Source: Candidatus Zipacnadia bacterium
Lineage (GTDB): Bacteria; Armatimonadota; Zipacnadia; Zipacnadales; Zipacnadaceae
DNA length: 64,000 bases
NCBI GenBank assembly: GCA_029820565.1
Contig: JALGUR010000022.1
Coordinates: 17,731-81,730, forward strand
Direction of reading: 5' to 3'
In this document: positions 59,399-64,000 of the stretch, piece after piece
How positions within the stretch are numbered: position 1 is the stretch's first letter
How the letters are laid out: each line of letters begins with the position of its first letter
Position numbers and translations under genes: made by a program
The notes under the pieces: generated by a model
Database searches by the model: none
What the model saw: only the letters and a program-made list of their open reading frames with translations
What the model was told of the DNA's origin: nothing

Positions 59399-60427
59399 GT
59401 GCCAGGCCCTGGTGATAAGACACCTACCAATATGATTTACAAACACATGACCAAAGTAATCCGCGCCGTGGGACTGGCCGTTTTCGCAGCCCTAATCGTC
59501 GCGCCGCTGGTGCTGCGTAGTGCATATCTGACCACTACCGGCGTGTTGATCGGCATTCACGCCATTATCGCTGTGGGCTTGGGGTTGCTTATGGGCTACG
59601 CTGGACAGGTGTCACTGGGGCATGCGGCTTTTTATGGTCTGGGGGCCTACTGCTCGGCCATTCTGACCACTAAGGTCGGTCTGCCGCCGCTGGTGGGAAT
59701 AGTTGCCGGGATGGTCATAACGGCCATCATTGCTCTGGTGGTGGGTGCTCCGACTTTGCGACTGCGGGGCCACTATCTGGCAATGTTCACTCTGGGCCTG
59801 GGGATGATCGCTCAGATTATTTTCAACCAAGCCCAGGGCTTGACCGGAGGATTCAGCGGCATTTCCGGAATTCCTCGGTTCAGTGTTGGCCGATTAGTCG
59901 TGGATACCGATGCGGAAGCCTATATTCTGGTATTAGTGGTACTGGCGGCGACCATCATTATAGCGCATAATGTGGTTAACTCACGGACCGGCCGAGCCTT
60001 GCGGGCGCTTCACGAAAGCGAGATAGCCGCCAGTGTCTGCGGAGTCAACGTGGCCCGGGCTAAACTGGAGGTCTTCGTGCTCAGTGCCGTGCTGGCTTCG
60101 GTGGCGGGCAGTCTATACGCTCATTTTATCACCTTCATCAGCCCCGACCCCTTTGGCTTTCGCTTTTCAGTGAACTTATTAGTAATGGTGGTTGTCGGTG
60201 GAGCGAGCAGTGTGTGGGGGCCAGTGGCTGGTGCTACTTTGTTCACGGTATTAGCCCAGTTCCTGCAAAAAGCCGGCGAGCAGGTGCCCTACCTTGATGC
60301 TGTGGATACAATGCTTTTTGGGGCAGTGCTCGTACTGGTAGTAATCTTTCTGCAGCAAGGATTGGTCAGTCTGCCTGCCCGACTGCGAAGTAGACGGCGC
60401 AGTAGTCAGGAGCAGGGAGCCTATTGA
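59399..60427 (+). CDS. livM: branched-chain ABC permease
   Basis: GYAGQVSLGHAAF, LRLRGHYLA and SRTGRALRA motifs; start uncertain. Confidence 0.9.
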   Translation: MPGPGDKTPTNMIYKHMTKVIRAVGLAVFAALIVAPLVLRSAYLTTTGVLIGIHAIIAVGLGLLMGYAGQVSLGHAAFYGLGAYCSAILTTKVGLPPLVGIVAGMVITAIIALVVGAPTLRLRGHYLAMFTLGLGMIAQIIFNQAQGLTGGFSGISGIPRFSVGRLVVDTDAEAYILVLVVLAATIIIAHNVVNSRTGRALRALHESEIAASVCGVNVARAKLEVFVLSAVLASVAGSLYAHFITFISPDPFGFRFSVNLLVMVVVGGASSVWGPVAGATLFTVLAQFLQKAGEQVPYLDAVDTMLFGAVLVLVVIFLQQGLVSLPARLRSRRRSSQEQGAY

Positions 60428-60428
60428 T

Positions 60429-61277
60429 ATGGCGGGGACTCGCACACTTCAACAAACTTATGGGGCGCCGGTACTGTCTATTCAAGGCATCACTAAGGTC
60501 TTTGACGGACTGGTAGCACTTGCCGGCGTCAGTGTAGAGGTCTATGAAGGAGAAATATTGGGCATTATTGGTCCTAATGGGGCCGGCAAGACTACTCTGT
60601 TCAATGTGATAACAGGTATCTTCCCGCCTACCGAAGGGCAGATAGAATTTTGCGATCAAGTCATTACCGGACTGTCTGCTCACCGGATCACCAATATGGG
60701 TATAGCCCGCACTTTTCAGAATATCCGTCTGTTTCGCCAAATGACGGTACTGGAGAATGTGCTGTTAGGGCGACACGGCCAAGGAAGCACCGGAATGCTC
60801 GGGGCTATTCTAAAATTGCCCCGGGTGCGGCGCGAGGAATCTCGTCTGCGCCGCGAAGCCCGTAGTTATCTGGATATGATCGGATTAGCGGATAAGGCTG
60901 AGGCGCTGGCCGCCAGTCTGACCACTGGCCAGCAGCGGCTGTTAGAAATTGCTCGGGCCCTGGCCACTGAACCTCGAGTTATTCTCCTTGATGAAGCCGC
61001 TGCCGGGCTAAATACCAAAGAAACCGAGTCTTTAGCTGAGTTTATCCGGCGTTTACCCGCACAACTAAGTACTACAGTAGGGCTTATTGAGCACGATATG
61101 CGCCTGGTTATGGACGTCTCGGACCGAGTGGTTGTCATTGATCGGGGACAGAAGATTGCCGAGGGAAGGCCGATTGAAATCCAGCGGAATCCCGTGGTGA
61201 TCGCTGCTTACTTGGGCGAGGACTTCGGGAAAGGCGAGGAGTCACGGATCCGCGCTGGAAAGGCACCCCGCCCATGA
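60429..61277 (+). CDS. livG: branched-chain ABC ATPase
   Basis: [20 protein letters not shown] and IEHDM motifs. Confidence 0.92.
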   Translation: MAGTRTLQQTYGAPVLSIQGITKVFDGLVALAGVSVEVYEGEILGIIGPNGAGKTTLFNVITGIFPPTEGQIEFCDQVITGLSAHRITNMGIARTFQNIRLFRQMTVLENVLLGRHGQGSTGMLGAILKLPRVRREESRLRREARSYLDMIGLADKAEALAASLTTGQQRLLEIARALATEPRVILLDEAAAGLNTKETESLAEFIRRLPAQLSTTVGLIEHDMRLVMDVSDRVVVIDRGQKIAEGRPIEIQRNPVVIAAYLGEDFGKGEESRIRAGKAPRP

Positions 61278-62008
61278 GTCTGCTACGGCTGAGTTCTATT
61301 ACTGCCGACTATGGAGGCCTGCAGGCGCTTCGCGGTATTTCTCTGCACGCCAACGAAGGTGAGATTACTGCTCTGCTGGGGGCCAACGGCGCGGGGAAGA
61401 GCACGATATTGAATGTTATCTGCGGGGTGGTACCACCACGTTCGGGTCAGGTGATATTTGATGAAGAAAACATAACCGGCCTGGCCCCAGAACGATTAGT
61501 ACAGAAGGGCCTGACCCAGGTGCCCGAAGGCCGCCAAGTCTTTGGCGAACTCAGTGTGCGCGATAACTTGCTGCTGGGTGCCTACTCGCGGCTGCACCGA
61601 GGCGACCGGTCCCAGGTGCACCAGGACCTGGAAGAGATATGTAGGTTGTTTCCTGTTTTAAGGGAGGCCAGCAGCCGCCGGGCCGGTACGCTCAGCGGTG
61701 GTGAACAACAGATGTTGGCTATCGGTCGGGCGTTGATGTCGGCACCACGCCTGTTGCTGCTGGACGAACCTTCCAGTGGCCTGGCCCCTATGGCCATGGC
61801 TGAGGTGTTTCGCAAAATTGAAGCATTGCGCGAGCTTGGCACTACTATATTGTTAGTGGAACAGAACGTCTCGGCGGCCTTGCAAATCGCCGACCGTGGC
61901 TATGTTTTAGAGGTCGGCCAGATGGTGCTGGAGGGGAGTTGTGACGAGTTGTTATCTAACCGAGACGTGAGGCGAGCCTATTTGGGCAAGGATTATGAGG
62001 AGGTGTAG
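61274..62008 (+). CDS. livF: branched-chain ABC ATPase
   Basis: GANGAGKST, VPEGR, LSGGEQQM and LVEQN motifs. Confidence 0.92.
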   Translation: MSLLRLSSITADYGGLQALRGISLHANEGEITALLGANGAGKSTILNVICGVVPPRSGQVIFDEENITGLAPERLVQKGLTQVPEGRQVFGELSVRDNLLLGAYSRLHRGDRSQVHQDLEEICRLFPVLREASSRRAGTLSGGEQQMLAIGRALMSAPRLLLLDEPSSGLAPMAMAEVFRKIEALRELGTTILLVEQNVSAALQIADRGYVLEVGQMVLEGSCDELLSNRDVRRAYLGKDYEEV

Positions 62009-62012
62009 ACTA

Positions 62013-63311
62013 ATGGCCCCTGGGACTTTCTGGAATCCTGATATTGAGTGTATGCCCCGGACCGAAATAGGGCAACTTCAATTGGAGCGACTCCAGGCTA
62101 CAGTAAACCGGGCCTACCGCAACGTTGCCTTCTATCGCCAGCGCTTTGAGCAATTAGGGTTCACTCCTGAAGATATTCAGTCACTTCAGGACCTGCAGCG
62201 GCTGCCCCTAACTGAGAAGGACGACCTGCGCGCCGGTTATCCGTACGGAATGTTCGCCGTGCCCCTGCGCGAGGTGGTGCGCATCCATATGTCTTCGGGG
62301 ACCACCGGCCACCCCAGCGTGGTGGGATATACGGCCAACGACCTGGTCCACCAGACCGACCTGGTGGCCCGGAACCTGACCGCCGCCGGCATAACCAAGG
62401 AGGATGTGGTGCAAGTATTCTTCGGCTATGGTCTGTTTACCGCCGGCTTTGGTTATCATTACGGCACCGAGGCATTAGGGGCGTCAGTGATACCAGTATC
62501 TCACGGCGATACCCCGCGCCAAGTAGAGGTAATGAGGGACTTTCGCACCACCGTCATCATTGGCACTCCCCATTACGCTTTGCGCATCGCGGCGACTATG
62601 GAACAGATGGGCCTCGATCCCAATGAGTTGTCACTGCGGATCGGCCTGTTCGGTGGCGAAGCCTGGGATGAGACAGTACGCCAGGAAATTGAGAGTCGTC
62701 TGTTTATCACGGCCTCTGATGTTTACGGCCTGGCGGAGATTGGCGGCCCCGGGGTATCGTTTGAATGTGAGCAGCGCGCCGGCCTACACATCGCTGAGGA
62801 CCAGTTCTTAGTTGAAGTCATTGACCCCGACACTGGTGAGCCGCTTGATCTTGGTCAAGAAGGTGAATTAGTATTTACCACGCTGAACAAAGAAGCCTTT
62901 CCCCTGCTGCGCTACCGCTCCGGCGACCTCAGCAGCCTGGACACAGAGCCGTGCACCTGTGGGCGTACTCACGCCCGGATGAGTCGGGTCAGCCGGCATA
63001 CTGACAACCGGATCGTGGTGCGGGGCATTAACATCTTCCCCGGGCAGGTGGAGGGCGTATTGGCAGAAATTGACGGATTAGGCAAGGAATATCAACTGGT
63101 ATTGGATCGCACCACCGCGTTGGAGCGACTCGAAGTGCATGTTGAACTCTCTCCCGATTCCACCCCTGATCAAATGCGCCGCTTGGTAGAGATAGAAGAG
63201 GAAACCCAACAAAAACTCCAGGAAATTCTGAGTCTGGCCGTAGAAGTCAAACTGGTTGAGCCGGGCTCCATACCCCACGACGCTGACCGACTCCGGATAG
63301 TGGATAAATAA
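62013..63311 (+). CDS. paaK: second phenylacetate-CoA ligase family protein
   Basis: RIHMSSGTTG, YGLAE and VRGINIFP; paralog of 55101-56396; ATG 62013. Confidence 0.9.
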   Translation: MAPGTFWNPDIECMPRTEIGQLQLERLQATVNRAYRNVAFYRQRFEQLGFTPEDIQSLQDLQRLPLTEKDDLRAGYPYGMFAVPLREVVRIHMSSGTTGHPSVVGYTANDLVHQTDLVARNLTAAGITKEDVVQVFFGYGLFTAGFGYHYGTEALGASVIPVSHGDTPRQVEVMRDFRTTVIIGTPHYALRIAATMEQMGLDPNELSLRIGLFGGEAWDETVRQEIESRLFITASDVYGLAEIGGPGVSFECEQRAGLHIAEDQFLVEVIDPDTGEPLDLGQEGELVFTTLNKEAFPLLRYRSGDLSSLDTEPCTCGRTHARMSRVSRHTDNRIVVRGINIFPGQVEGVLAEIDGLGKEYQLVLDRTTALERLEVHVELSPDSTPDQMRRLVEIEEETQQKLQEILSLAVEVKLVEPGSIPHDADRLRIVDK

Positions 63312-63521
63312 GCAGGACCACGGCCGTACAGTATGCCACCCTAATAGCCCTGTGTCATTTTTCTGTTGACATTTGTTTGTATTGGTGTTAGTATGGACTA
63401 TATTAACTGGGATTGCAGCCGCTGACAAAACTTCTGCGAGCAAGAAGGAGTTTATCCAGCCGACGGCGTATGTATGTAATCGGTGAGTCCCAGACCAAGC
63501 AGTACATGAGCCAGGGGGGCT

Positions 63522-63860
63522 GTGATAATGTCGACGAAAGGCTACGACGGCGATCTGCAGAAGTCAGCGCCAGGACAAAAAATATCATCGACAGCGGCCG
63601 CGAAATTGAGAGTTGAACGAGATGCAAGACAATATTGCATTAAGATGATAGAACGAGACAGCGAGGGTCAGCACTACTTGGCAACAATGACAGTACCAGG
63701 AGCAAGGCTGCAGGAATTATTATCACTGATATTGCGGTCAGACCTTGCTATGATATGGTCGGGGACCAGAGAAGGCAGCCAATTGGAGGTTATCGACATT
63801 AGGAGTAGACCATGCAAAGACTTAGCAACCGCAGGTACCGATTGGTCCAATACGAATTGA
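63522..63860 (+). CDS. hypothetical protein
   Basis: 112-aa ORF behind TTGACA-17 nt-TAGTAT (from 63367); no motif recognised. Confidence 0.45.
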   Translation: MIMSTKGYDGDLQKSAPGQKISSTAAAKLRVERDARQYCIKMIERDSEGQHYLATMTVPGARLQELLSLILRSDLAMIWSGTREGSQLEVIDIRSRPCKDLATAGTDWSNTN

Positions 63861-63879
63861 GGTCGCATAGGTGGAAGAG

Positions 63880-64000
63880 ATGACTATGACAAAACCAGGC
63901 AAACAATGTAATAACATGCGGGATTCAGCAAACGGTCATCCGCCATTGTTATCCACGAGATTGTGGGCTAAATTCTCGCTATTGGCGTTGCTTATAGCGG
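63880..64000 (+). CDS. partial ORF running off the window, probably exported
   Basis: MTMTKPGK...WAKFSLLALLIA, open to the window edge. Confidence 0.45.
   Translation, partial: MTMTKPGKQCNNMRDSANGHPPLLSTRLWAKFSLLALLIA

Overview
64 kb of chromosomal DNA from a diderm, probably anaerobic bacterium (TolC, porin, PQQ/BamB-like propeller, short Firmicutes-style RpoD core, xerC-hslVU synteny; Armatimonadota-like by gene style, inference only). It carries housekeeping genes (dnaG-rpoD, hslVU, xerC, pyrF, pyrB, pgeF), an AbrB-led TolC/MFP/RND efflux operon, many sugar-catabolism enzymes, a small TA/REP-rich islet and a porin-iorAB-paaK-ACT-liv-paaK aryl-acid cluster. No rRNA, tRNA, CRISPR or intact transposase was recognised. 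Stand-out observations: (1) the primary sigma factor RpoD has a 326-aa insertion of Big_5/SbsA-type Ig-like domains exactly at the region 1.2/2.1 junction, arranged as two complete domains bracketed by the two halves of a third, circularly permuted domain; (2) a cytoplasmic subtilase whose catalytic site reads Glu-His-Cys with Ala at the Pro225-equivalent position (the engineered subtiligase signature), encoded directly downstream of an anaerobic sulfatase maturase-type radical SAM enzyme; (3) a nested REP-within-REP repeat family that has also entered xerC and probably the RND pump gene in frame. Family names are recognised by eye from motifs, not from database searches.
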